A DNA stretch of 64,000 bases, from contig CAZLUD010000001.1 in the NCBI GenBank assembly GCA_964562615.1, positions 257,072-321,071 of the forward strand, read 5' to 3'. How positions within the stretch are numbered: the first letter of the stretch is position 1; every line of letters begins with the position of its first letter. This DNA comes from an uncultured Candidatus Saccharibacteria bacterium. GTDB lineage: Bacteria; Patescibacteriota; Minisyncoccia; Phycocordibacterales; UBA12088. Under the pieces are notes generated by a model, which saw only the letters and a list, made by a program, of their open reading frames with translations, did no database searches and was not told the origin of the DNA. Below, in pieces: positions 9,256 to 18,152 of the stretch. The position numbers were made by a program, and so were the translations under genes.

Positions 9256-9903
9256 TCATAACTCAATAACCTTATACCCTCCAGTAGACACAATAATATG
9301 ATTAATAAGAATAATCCCCAGAAGATCTCCTGCATCAGCTACTCGCTTTGTAATTGTGGCGTCTTCGTCTGAAGGTTCAAGGCTACCTGATGGGTGATTG
9401 TGGGCCAAGACAACCCCTGCCGCTGATAGTTGCAGAGCGGGCTCGAAGACCTCCCTTGGATGTAAAAGTGAAGTATCGAGCGTACCGACAGAAATAATAC
9501 GTCTTTCAATTAATTTTTGTTGTGTGTCAAGGTAAAACGCCACTATATGCTCTTTTTTTGATGAACGAAAATCTGCGCATAAATTCCATATATCCTTCAC
9601 TGATAGCAATTCAATACTGCTCTCACTCCTAAAACGATCAGCAAGAGAAATGACGGCAAGTATTTGAATTGCTTTTGCTTTTCCTAATCCGCGAATCTTT
9701 CGCAAATCTTCCAGTGTTACGTTATTTGCTGATTTTTGAGTTATGAATTTTTCTATTTTTCGAGCAAGCTCAAGTACGTTGCAACCTTTGATTCCTGAAC
9801 CAAGGATGATTGCTATCAATTCAAAATTTCTTAGACGTTTTGCGCCATACTTCTCCATTTTCTCTCGAGGAAGTTCTGTCTTCTTTAGTTCAGCAAGTTT
9901 CAT
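9256..9903 (-). CDS. radC: RadC/JAB-domain protein
   Basis: LPREK, ELIAIILGSG, HPREVF, HNHPSG..EPS.ED motifs. Confidence 0.92.
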   Translation of the reverse strand: MKLAELKKTELPREKMEKYGAKRLRNFELIAIILGSGIKGCNVLELARKIEKFITQKSANNVTLEDLRKIRGLGKAKAIQILAVISLADRFRSESSIELLSVKDIWNLCADFRSSKKEHIVAFYLDTQQKLIERRIISVGTLDTSLLHPREVFEPALQLSAAGVVLAHNHPSGSLEPSDEDATITKRVADAGDLLGIILINHIIVSTGGYKVIEL

Positions 9904-9935
9904 GGCGTAGTTTTAGTATATAATAATCATAGTCG

Positions 9936-10394
9936 TTACATAAGCGAGTCGGCAATCTTCTTGACGCACGTGGATTGATCTTTTTTGAGTTGATGTTCCC
10001 AGAGACGCAACACAACCCAACCTTCAGTATGGAGTTTTTGAGTCACTCTTCTATCGCGTATTCTGTTGCGTTCAATTTTCTCTCGCCAGAAATCATTTTT
10101 GAGTAAATGCTTCCAACGTGGATATTGCCAGCCATGCCAAAAGTTACTGTCGAAGAACACGCAGACTCTATGTTTTTTAAAAACAATATCGGGTTTACCC
10201 AAAACACTCACATCGTTAATAGTAAAAATTTTGCGAGTTTGTTTTTTTAATACAGCAATCAAATTTTGCTCAAACTTGGTTGATTTTGAGCGTATAAGCG
10301 ACATTCGTCGTGATCGTTCTTTAACAGTTAGCTTGTCCGGACTCCTTTTTTTAGAAAAATCACGATTAAGACTATTATGAGTTTGTTTCTTCAT
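9936..10394 (-). CDS. vsr: Very short patch repair endonuclease
   Basis: ERSRRMS.IRS, GKPDIVF, FWHG, FWREKIERN..RD, GWVVLRLWE motifs. Confidence 0.9.
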   Translation of the reverse strand: MKKQTHNSLNRDFSKKRSPDKLTVKERSRRMSLIRSKSTKFEQNLIAVLKKQTRKIFTINDVSVLGKPDIVFKKHRVCVFFDSNFWHGWQYPRWKHLLKNDFWREKIERNRIRDRRVTQKLHTEGWVVLRLWEHQLKKDQSTCVKKIADSLM

Positions 10395-11418
10395 AACCAG
10401 ACTGAAAAACTTCTGAGGGAAGTTCATTGCCAAGGCCACCGACGGCGTCCTTATCTATAAGATCTTTCCACTGCCTAATTCTATCTGCTTCAACAGACTG
10501 GACTTGCCAATAAAATTTCAACAATTCTTCATCTATTTCATTGATTCTACTGGCGATTCTTGACGCATAATCATGAAGTTGGGAAAGTATCTGTGATACA
10601 CTTTTTTTCTCCCGCGCGACCAAAACTTCTTGCTGACCACCTGCGCTAAAAGCATCACGCAAGCTTGTGGAGACCGCTCCAAATTCGGTGATCATGTACG
10701 TGGCCGCTCGTTCATAATTAGCACGATTTTTAAAGAGTTCGGGTAGAAGGATCATACAATCGATCTTAAATCTTTCTTTATTCTCCGGTTCCAAGGTTCG
10801 AAATTGTTTAATAACTGGGGAAGATGATTCTGATTCTTCATCAATCCACCACAAACCTTCGCCGTCTTTGAGTTGTTTTCTGTAATATGATTTTATTTGC
10901 TGTATAGTGTCTCCACTTGTTCGCAGCTCATCATAAGAAACACCCATTTTATCAAATATGGATTTTCCTTTTGGTAAGTCCATATTGATTCTATATCTTG
11001 GTGAATGAGTAACGCTTATCTCCGGCAAACACTCTTGGTATAACCGATAACGGACGTCGGGTTCTCCACCCAATTTCCCGAACATGATAAAAATTCGCTC
11101 AACATCTTCCATTCGTGAAGTTTCTAAGACGCTATTACCAGTTGAAGTCCAATGATCTTTAGAGGTTATCTTTACTTCAACTCCAAAATATCCGTTAGCG
11201 ACGATATCAGGAAAAGCATATACCCCTGTCCGCTTAATCGTTCCTTCAAATTCTGTGCCTATGGAAACCTCTTGCATCTTGTCGCAAACGAGACCTTCAA
11301 AATCAAGAGCTGAAATACTCTTATCTCCCCTCAAATGCGCCACTAAAAGTTTTTTCGACTTTTCCAAAAGCTCAACAAACCTTTCTTCGTGGGCGTTTTT
11401 CTTTTCTGAATAAATCAT
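10375..11418 (-). CDS. Putative type II restriction endonuclease (PD-(D/E)xK)
   Basis: FPDIV..FGVEVK motif; lies between the C5 methyltransferase and vsr. Confidence 0.75.
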   Translation of the reverse strand: MIYSEKKNAHEERFVELLEKSKKLLVAHLRGDKSISALDFEGLVCDKMQEVSIGTEFEGTIKRTGVYAFPDIVANGYFGVEVKITSKDHWTSTGNSVLETSRMEDVERIFIMFGKLGGEPDVRYRLYQECLPEISVTHSPRYRINMDLPKGKSIFDKMGVSYDELRTSGDTIQQIKSYYRKQLKDGEGLWWIDEESESSSPVIKQFRTLEPENKERFKIDCMILLPELFKNRANYERAATYMITEFGAVSTSLRDAFSAGGQQEVLVAREKKSVSQILSQLHDYASRIASRINEIDEELLKFYWQVQSVEADRIRQWKDLIDKDAVGGLGNELPSEVFQSGYEETNS

Positions 11419-11419
11419 A

Positions 11420-12406
11420 TTATTTCAAGTTCTTGTCGAGAAACGACCGAATCGACTTCGCAATATGCCATGCTAAAACTGGGGGTACGGCATTACCGAT
11501 CTGTTTATAAGCCTGGGACGTTGATGGTAAAAATTCCATGTCGTCAGGAAACGATTGAATCCTTGCGGCTTCACGAGCCGAAAGTCGTCGCTTACCATTC
11601 CAATGGTATTCAATATTGCCATGATGCTCTGTTCTCATTGTTGGTCCTGGTTTATCGGAATCTATTATTCCGTTTCCCTGTCCTTTATTTTTCTTTGCTT
11701 TAGACCAATAGTGGTTTGATAAGCCGCCTTCTTTGACATTTTCCAAATCACCAAACGCCTCTTTTACTGATACGTGTTTGCCTTTGTGAGTTGGCCTTGG
11801 ATAATCATCGTCCTTAAATAAAGGCAAAACATCTTTACGGGTTCCAACAATAACTACTCGCTCACGCATTTGTGGCACGCCATAATCAGCAGCAAGAAGT
11901 AGTTTATGATTTACATGGTATCCCAATTTTGCAAAATCATTTTTGATAATACCTATGGCTGTTCCGTTGTCTATCGTAAGAAGACCCCTAACGTTCTCAG
12001 CAACAAACATCATCGGTTTCGTCCGACGGATAACCTCGGCCATACTACGATAAAGGAGACCTTTTTCGCTATTAAATCCTCTTCGCTTCCCAGCATGACT
12101 AAACTCCTGACACGGAAAACCACCGAGTACGATATCAACTTTTTTTGGTAGTGGCGTATCAAGCTTAGAATTATGTTTACCACTCAAAATATCAACAATG
12201 CTTCCGCAAACAATATCATGTTTGAAATAATTTTTAAAAGTTTTACATGCTGGTTCGTCTATGTCGTTGGCCCAATCTATAATAAACGGATGTTTCTGGT
12301 ATTTTTTTCCATTTGATTCAAAACCACCGACAAAACCGAGATCTAGACCACCACATCCAGTAAAAAGCGACGCAACCGTAAATTTATTTTTAGTATTGTT
12401 GGTCAT
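11420..12406 (-). CDS. DNA (cytosine-5)-methyltransferase
   Basis: SLFTGCGG, GGFPCQ, ENV, QMRER, YKQIGNAVP motifs. Confidence 0.95.
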   Translation of the reverse strand: MTNNTKNKFTVASLFTGCGGLDLGFVGGFESNGKKYQKHPFIIDWANDIDEPACKTFKNYFKHDIVCGSIVDILSGKHNSKLDTPLPKKVDIVLGGFPCQEFSHAGKRRGFNSEKGLLYRSMAEVIRRTKPMMFVAENVRGLLTIDNGTAIGIIKNDFAKLGYHVNHKLLLAADYGVPQMRERVVIVGTRKDVLPLFKDDDYPRPTHKGKHVSVKEAFGDLENVKEGGLSNHYWSKAKKNKGQGNGIIDSDKPGPTMRTEHHGNIEYHWNGKRRLSAREAARIQSFPDDMEFLPSTSQAYKQIGNAVPPVLAWHIAKSIRSFLDKNLK

Positions 12407-12595
12407 AAAATTATTTTAGATTGCAATCAATATAGTTATGGTTGTTTAGAATTATTTCTAGTTCACCGTACAACTGTATTTTACCAGAAATTCATTAATT
12501 TGATGAGTGTATTTAGAAAAACCGGCATCTTATTCTAATGCCGGCTTTTCAATCGTATAAATCCCTTATTTTGCTTGGGTTCAAACTTGGTAATC

Positions 12596-12685
12596 TGGCG
12601 GAGAGTGAGGGATTCGAACCCTCGAGGGGTTTTACCCCCTACCTCGTTAGCAGTGAGGCGCTTTCGGCCACTCAGCCAACTCTCC
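12596..12685 (-). tRNA. tRNA-Ser (anticodon GCT), CCA encoded
   Basis: GGAGAGTTGGCTGAGTGG…CT-GCT-AA…long variable arm…GGTTCGAATCCCTCACTCTCCGCCA. Confidence 0.96.
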
Positions 12686-12753
12686 AATTTGTGGAGATAC
12701 CATACCATGAATAGGTACCACATTGAAAGCACGACGATAGTGAGGCGCTTGTG

Positions 12754-13137
12754 TTATGAAGCGAGACCTAAAAGCTCCTCAGCCTTGTGGACTATTTCTT
12801 CAAGAAAAACCGATGACTTTACCAAATACTCATTAGCTCCTGCCTTGAGTGCTTCCTCCTTCTCTGCATCCTGCGCGTTGTTAGAAACAATAACCACCGG
12901 CACTTCTTTATGAATACCAGCGCGTATCTCTTTGAGTAGCTCTATGCCATTTTCTCCCGGTAGTCCTATATCAAGACATACTAGATCAACCCGCTCTGCT
13001 TCTAGGTACTTTTTTGCATCGATGGCATTTGCCGCATGAAGCACCTTGAATACCGTACTCAGCTTTCTTCCTAAAATATCAGAAATAAAAATATCATCCT
13101 CTACCACCAATACCGTTCGTTTAATTGTTTCAGTCAT
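12754..13137 (-). CDS. Single-domain response regulator (receiver)
   Basis: VLVVEDD, LDIGLPGENG, GANEYLVK motifs. Confidence 0.9.
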   Translation of the reverse strand: MTETIKRTVLVVEDDIFISDILGRKLSTVFKVLHAANAIDAKKYLEAERVDLVCLDIGLPGENGIELLKEIRAGIHKEVPVVIVSNNAQDAEKEEALKAGANEYLVKSSVFLEEIVHKAEELLGLAS

Positions 13138-13271
13138 TTGAGTACTTCTATTATTTTATAAGTGAGTCATTCTGTCTAGTGTGTATTGCAGGCGCTGCCA
13201 TACTTGTATGGGTGGCTCTTTCTTCTTGCATCAGCTACAATGACAGGCGCATTAGACATTGAAATAACATC

Positions 13272-13706
13272 ATGAAATCATTACTTGTCATACCAATCAT
13301 TTCTGCACTCGCCATTGTTGGTTACTTGTATAGCAAAAAAGAAACAAACGACCCGATTACACAAGAAGGGTCAATGAATACTCTCACACAAAGTGATATG
13401 ACTGCCACGAGCCTCCTTTCTACCCCATCAGTACAAACATTTAATGTAACGGGAAAGGACTACGAATTTTCTTTGAAAGAGATGCGGGTTAAAAAGGGTG
13501 ATACCGTGCGAATAAACTTTGAAAGTGTTGATGGTACCCACAATTGGACACTTGATGAATTTGAGGTTGCTACCGAGCAGGTAGCGCCGGGCACGCTAAC
13601 ATCAGTAGAATTTATTGCGGATACTGTTGGCGCATTTGAATACTATTCTTCAATAGAGAGCGACGAGGCAAATGGCATGGTGGGGCAACTGTTTGTAGAG
13701 GAATAG
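13272..13706 (+). CDS. Membrane-anchored cupredoxin-fold protein with degenerate copper site
   Basis: VKKGDTVRI, H, G.FEYY…GMVG motifs; Cys and His ligand positions are Ser and Asp. Confidence 0.8.
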   Translation: MKSLLVIPIISALAIVGYLYSKKETNDPITQEGSMNTLTQSDMTATSLLSTPSVQTFNVTGKDYEFSLKEMRVKKGDTVRINFESVDGTHNWTLDEFEVATEQVAPGTLTSVEFIADTVGAFEYYSSIESDEANGMVGQLFVEE

Positions 13707-13712
13707 TTACGT

Positions 13713-13752
13713 ATAGCAAACGCCGCCGCCTACAGGCGGCGGCGTTTGCTAT
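13713..13752. terminator. Strong inverted repeat / intrinsic terminator
   Basis: atagcaaacgccgccgcc-taca-ggcggcggcgtttgctat. Confidence 0.7.
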
Positions 13753-13766
13753 ACTTTACCTATCTC

Positions 13767-15917
13767 ATGTTGCACCATCCGCTACAACACCATCTACGTC
13801 TCGACAGCACGCATATAAAAGCTCTTGAAAAGCTTGGTATAAAAACAGTGCATGATCTTCTTACCTTTCTTCCTACTCGATACGAAGATATCTCGCTTAT
13901 AAAGAAAGTGGTCTCCCTAAGAAAAGGAGATGAAGCGGTAGTGTATGGCAAGGTAACTGGGTTGGTCACAAAAAAATCATTTACCCGTGGGCTTCCTATT
14001 TCTGAAGGGGTTATTGATGACGGTACGGCAAAAATGAAGATACGCTGGTTCCACCAACCATACATAGCAAAGATGATTCCAGAAGGATCCCTTGTAAAAC
14101 TTAGTGGCGTGGTAACTGGTGATGAAGGAAAGTTATACCTTGCTAATCCAGAGATAGAACGCACCGACGACCTCCCTATCGACTCACACGATTCGTTATT
14201 TGATAACACTGATGGAACACTCTATGCTGTGTATCGAGAAACAAAAGGTATTACCTCAAAGTGGTTTCGTCATGCGATAAAAAGACTTCTCACCAACGAG
14301 CTACTGCAATCTCTCGTGGACCCAATTCCAGATGACATACTCGCACGCTACCATCTCCCCTCGTTTGCAACCGCTCTTGTCTGGGCGCACATGCCTAAAA
14401 CTGAAAAGGACACCATTTCTGCTAGAAAGCGATTTTCTTTTGAAGAAATTTTATCTATACAACTCGCGCGAGCAAAAGACAGACACGATCTATCAATAAC
14501 CCCCTCATTTGGGATACAGACCACCGCGCGTGATGTCGACCAATTTATGAATGAGCGATTTAGCTTTGCACCCACCAACGCGCAACGACAGGCAGTGCGT
14601 ACTATACTTACAGATCTTTCAGGTACGCACCCAATGGCTCGACTATTAGAAGGAGATGTGGGGAGCGGAAAGACCGCAGTTGCGGCAGCAACCATGTACG
14701 CAGTTATAGCTACCGCACCAAAAGATAATCGCTACGGCACGCTCCAGTGTGCCTACATGGCACCCACCGAGCTCCTCGCCCGACAACAGTTTGATGCCTT
14801 TACAGAGCTCTTTAACCACCTCCCCATCACTATAGGCCTTATCACCTCTCATGACTGTAAAAAGTTTCCGTCAAAAGTACACGGCGCAAGGTCGGCAAAA
14901 GTTTCAAAAAATCAGTTGAAAACCTGGGTGAAGAAAGGTGATGTTGCCATAGTAGTAGGGACACACTCACTTATTCAAAAGAGTATCGAGTTTAAACATC
15001 TTGCGTATGTCATTATTGATGAGCAACACCGTTTTGGTACTGCGCAACGACAAAAGCTCATCCGCAAAGACCACACCGCGCCACACCTTCTTTCTATGAG
15101 TGCAACCCCTATCCCCCGCACCCTTGCTCTCACTATGTATGGTGACCTTGATATCAGTGTACTTGATGAAATGCCAAAAGGAAGAAAGCCTGTGATAACA
15201 CAAGTGGTTGCTCCAAAAGACAGAAATGACGTGTATAAGAAAGTCATTGCAGAACTCACTCGAGGCAAACAAGCGTATGTGATATGCCCACGTATAGATG
15301 AGCCTGATCCAACCAAAGAATCAGCCCTCCTTGCTAAATCGGTGGTGGCAGAAGCAGAACAACTCCAAAAAACAGTGTTCAAAAACTTTACCGTCGCCTG
15401 GGTACACAGCAAGCTAACTCCTAAAGAAAAAGAGGATGTTATGGAACGGTTTGCTACACACAAAATAGATGTACTGGTTGCTACCAGCGTGGTAGAGGTA
15501 GGGGTAAATGTACCTAATGCAACGAGTATTATCATTGAGGGCGCAGAGCGATATGGTCTTGCCCAGCTTCACCAATTACGCGGTCGTGTCATTAGATCTA
15601 GCGAGCAGGCGTATTGCTATCTCTTTTCTGAGTCATCAAGCAAAAAATCTAAGGACCGATTGCGTGCCCTTTCGGAAGCTAAAAATGGTTTTGCACTTGC
15701 AGAGGCTGACCTTGCGCTCCGCGGCGCAGGAGAGCTAATCGGTATTAAACAATCCGGCCTCACTGATAGAGGAATGGACGCGCTCAAGAATCTAAAAATG
15801 GTAGAGGCGGCACGAGATGAAGCCCGAAGACTTGTAGAAGAAGACCCTACACTAAAAAGTATTCCTCTTTTAAAGGAAAGAAGTGACGAGCTCATTCGCA
15901 AGCTCCATTTTGAATAG
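13767..15917 (+). CDS. recG: ATP-dependent DNA helicase RecG
   Basis: GDVGSGKT, DEQHRFG, SATPIPRTL, QLHQLRGRV motifs. Confidence 0.96.
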   Translation: MLHHPLQHHLRLDSTHIKALEKLGIKTVHDLLTFLPTRYEDISLIKKVVSLRKGDEAVVYGKVTGLVTKKSFTRGLPISEGVIDDGTAKMKIRWFHQPYIAKMIPEGSLVKLSGVVTGDEGKLYLANPEIERTDDLPIDSHDSLFDNTDGTLYAVYRETKGITSKWFRHAIKRLLTNELLQSLVDPIPDDILARYHLPSFATALVWAHMPKTEKDTISARKRFSFEEILSIQLARAKDRHDLSITPSFGIQTTARDVDQFMNERFSFAPTNAQRQAVRTILTDLSGTHPMARLLEGDVGSGKTAVAAATMYAVIATAPKDNRYGTLQCAYMAPTELLARQQFDAFTELFNHLPITIGLITSHDCKKFPSKVHGARSAKVSKNQLKTWVKKGDVAIVVGTHSLIQKSIEFKHLAYVIIDEQHRFGTAQRQKLIRKDHTAPHLLSMSATPIPRTLALTMYGDLDISVLDEMPKGRKPVITQVVAPKDRNDVYKKVIAELTRGKQAYVICPRIDEPDPTKESALLAKSVVAEAEQLQKTVFKNFTVAWVHSKLTPKEKEDVMERFATHKIDVLVATSVVEVGVNVPNATSIIIEGAERYGLAQLHQLRGRVIRSSEQAYCYLFSESSSKKSKDRLRALSEAKNGFALAEADLALRGAGELIGIKQSGLTDRGMDALKNLKMVEAARDEARRLVEEDPTLKSIPLLKERSDELIRKLHFE

Positions 15918-15947
15918 TTGACATATAGCAATATATTGTGGTATAAT
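15918..15947 (+). promoter_or_regulatory. Consensus sigma70 promoter
   Basis: TTGACA-N18-TATAAT with extended TG. Confidence 0.75.
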
Positions 15948-15995
15948 GTTTTTAGCTGTACCCTGCTACCCAAGTATGTACCAAAGGAGCTCGAC

Positions 15996-16505
15996 ATGAA
16001 AAAGCTGTACTCTTTTCTCATCTCTGCAGTGATTCTAATAGGAGTACTTGGACTAAATTGGAAAACAACAATAATAGAAGGGGTTGCGTACGAGATATTT
16101 TCTCAAAGTAATTCTCTTCGTGAAAATTTTGACCAATTCATACGATGTACTCAGGAGATAAGAGCAAGCAATACTGGATGCTCGAGAAATTTTCAAAGAA
16201 TATTTACTGGGAGAGATTCCGCAATTGCTGAATCTTGGCCGGATATATTTGACGCACTTGAAGCAAAGCCTCACTGGGCATGGGTCAAGAGGAATGATTT
16301 CCGCGCATTTCATGATGCAATACAGTCATATGGGCGAAACAAATTGAGAAATGAATGTGTACCTATAATTACCTATATGTACACTGAGGGACGAACTACG
16401 TTCAATTTCGATCACCGCTACCGGTGTAGCGGTGATCCTAGGCCACCTTCGGGTGGCCTTTCCTTTTTACTCCCAACCACAAACTGTGCGCCCGCTTGGA
16501 CTTGA
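15996..16505 (+). CDS. Orphan secreted/membrane-anchored hypothetical protein
   Basis: AAGGAG SD, ATG at 15996 and a signal-like N-terminus. The 3' end reads through a terminator. Confidence 0.6.
   Translation: MKKLYSFLISAVILIGVLGLNWKTTIIEGVAYEIFSQSNSLRENFDQFIRCTQEIRASNTGCSRNFQRIFTGRDSAIAESWPDIFDALEAKPHWAWVKRNDFRAFHDAIQSYGRNKLRNECVPIITYMYTEGRTTFNFDHRYRCSGDPRPPSGGLSFLLPTTNCAPAWT
16440..16468 (+). terminator. Intrinsic terminator
   Basis: aggccacc-ttcg-ggtggcct followed by a T-rich tract. Confidence 0.7.
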
Positions 16506-16560
16506 ACCAAGGACCCCAAAGGTATAAGCTTTGTGCTCTAACCAACTGAGCTACGGGCGC
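16487..16560 (-). tRNA. tRNA-Ile (anticodon TAT), CCA not encoded
   Basis: GCGCCCGTAGCTCAGTTGGTTAGAGCA-CAAAG-CT-TAT-AC-CTTTG…GGTTCAAGTCC…CGGGCGCA. Confidence 0.93.
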
Positions 16561-16724
16561 GTATGTTTCTCGAAGCACCTCGAGATATCCCATAACATAC
16601 CTTTAAATAGCACTATTGCCAACTGCAACATAATCCTTAAAGTGCTTATATCTACCCCCACAGATGGTATTTTGTACTACTTTTTACCACACCAATACAA
16701 ACCATCCGTTGCTCTCCCTATGTA

Positions 16725-16754
16725 TTGACATAAAGCCATTTTTTGTGCTATAAT
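16725..16754 (+). promoter_or_regulatory. Consensus sigma70 promoter
   Basis: TTGACA-N18-TATAAT with extended TG. Confidence 0.75.
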
Positions 16755-16807
16755 ATACATCGAGTACAACCGCACCACCGCAAGTGGTGCCACCGGAGGT
16801 CTTTGAC

Positions 16808-18064
16808 ATGAGTATCGTAATTCGCCTTTTCTCAGCTTTGTTTGTCATGCTTGTGGGAGGGTGTGCTGCCAACAATCAGTATGACCCCTACAGCTCCAGG
16901 CCATCCACTCTTTCGGAAGCGGGCAAAGCCCGCGTCCTGAAAGCGGCAACAGAAATTGGCGGGGCGGAGGCACTCTACTACATTGACGTACCTCCCAGCA
17001 ATTTTTCAGCAGGACTCAAACGCCACCAGGCGTTTCAGGTATGTTCAAGCTCTGAATATTCAGAGGAAGCCTGCACAAAAGCGTGGAGGGAGGCGGTAAA
17101 GTATGCCGCCTCTAAGGAAGAAAAAAGAATCAAGGGGATTCAAGCAAATACTGACAGAATCAACGCAAAAGATGAATTGATTCTGTTGAATCGAATGGAT
17201 CCATTGATGGGAAAGTTGGTGAGGAGAGGGCTTCTCACTGATGGTACCGCTACAGGCGAGTATCAATCACCGGCAGGAAGATTCACCTTAGAGGGGGAAG
17301 ATCTCCCCGAGAGGTTGCTTCCGGATCAAATGCCGCCAGAGCATGAAGCTGCATCCATCACGGGGCTCAAAAAGTTGATCGGGCAGATGCGAGAAACGAG
17401 CCTCGCCAATATAACACCAGAGGAAGCGGTGGAGCTCTATGCCGCAAAGCGCCTAGGAGGGGAGGCATCCCCACCCCGACAGGTTGCTGGAGGTTCGAGA
17501 AGCAATCCCTTATCGGAGCCTCTCTACCTCGAGATTGATCCAAGTAGGATCAAGCGAGGCGGAACCGACTTTGACCTCGATGGTGGTTCATACACCATCG
17601 AGTCTGGGGAGACACGTATATGTCTCCCCGTCCGTCGCCAAGTAGGTGACGGTGCGTGTTTCGTTGCGGTTCGCAGGGATCGCAATGTACAGCTATGTGA
17701 TCCGGAAAGGATCAACTGCACGCAGCAGCTTAGCTTGCCCGTAGGGAACGTGAGGAGGGTAACTCCCCTCTCTCGTAACCTTCGGGTTCCTACATCACTC
17801 GGGAACACGGAACCGGTATCTGTAACACTCGCAGGGGATGAACTCCCTGGGAGCTTCCGCTACAATCTGCCTGGCGGTTTCCAAGGTGGTGGCGGGGGCA
17901 GCCGCCCAGCTCCCGTCATCACCGACCGAAGGCTTGGTCGGTGCACCTACAACTCAACTGAATCGAGAAGCGGTCTCCCCGTCTACTTATGCAAAGACGG
18001 AAAGCCCTACCTTTACGACGGCTCGAGGTTCGAGCCGTTGCGGCAGGGAGGACGTCGAAACTAA
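16808..18064 (+). CDS. Orphan putative lipoprotein
   Basis: GGAGGT SD and ATG at 16808; hydrophobic signal ending LVGG-C; visibly GC-richer than its flanks. Confidence 0.7.
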   Translation: MSIVIRLFSALFVMLVGGCAANNQYDPYSSRPSTLSEAGKARVLKAATEIGGAEALYYIDVPPSNFSAGLKRHQAFQVCSSSEYSEEACTKAWREAVKYAASKEEKRIKGIQANTDRINAKDELILLNRMDPLMGKLVRRGLLTDGTATGEYQSPAGRFTLEGEDLPERLLPDQMPPEHEAASITGLKKLIGQMRETSLANITPEEAVELYAAKRLGGEASPPRQVAGGSRSNPLSEPLYLEIDPSRIKRGGTDFDLDGGSYTIESGETRICLPVRRQVGDGACFVAVRRDRNVQLCDPERINCTQQLSLPVGNVRRVTPLSRNLRVPTSLGNTEPVSVTLAGDELPGSFRYNLPGGFQGGGGGSRPAPVITDRRLGRCTYNSTESRSGLPVYLCKDGKPYLYDGSRFEPLRQGGRRN

Positions 18065-18079
18065 GGGCGAATGCCCAAG

Positions 18080-18116
18080 GGGCGCAGGACAAAATGTCCT
18101 GCGCCCCTATTTTTTT
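18080..18116. terminator. Intrinsic terminator between the lipoprotein and ftsH
   Basis: gggcgcaggaca-aaa-tgtcctgcgccc followed by a T run. Confidence 0.75.
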
Positions 18117-18152
18117 GCTTGATATTGTCTTTTGCTTCTTCCCCACCTCCTA

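Larger units (their letters stand above)
8451..12617. mobile_element. tRNA-Ser-integrated islet carrying R-M, vsr and radC; no integrase seen
   Basis: 21-bp direct repeats, AT-richer cargo and defence genes. Confidence 0.75.

Noticed and set aside
12535-12913. ORFs 12535..12732 and 12575..12913 (WRRVRDSNPR)
   Set aside because: These are translations of the tRNA-Ser gene and the antisense of the response regulator.
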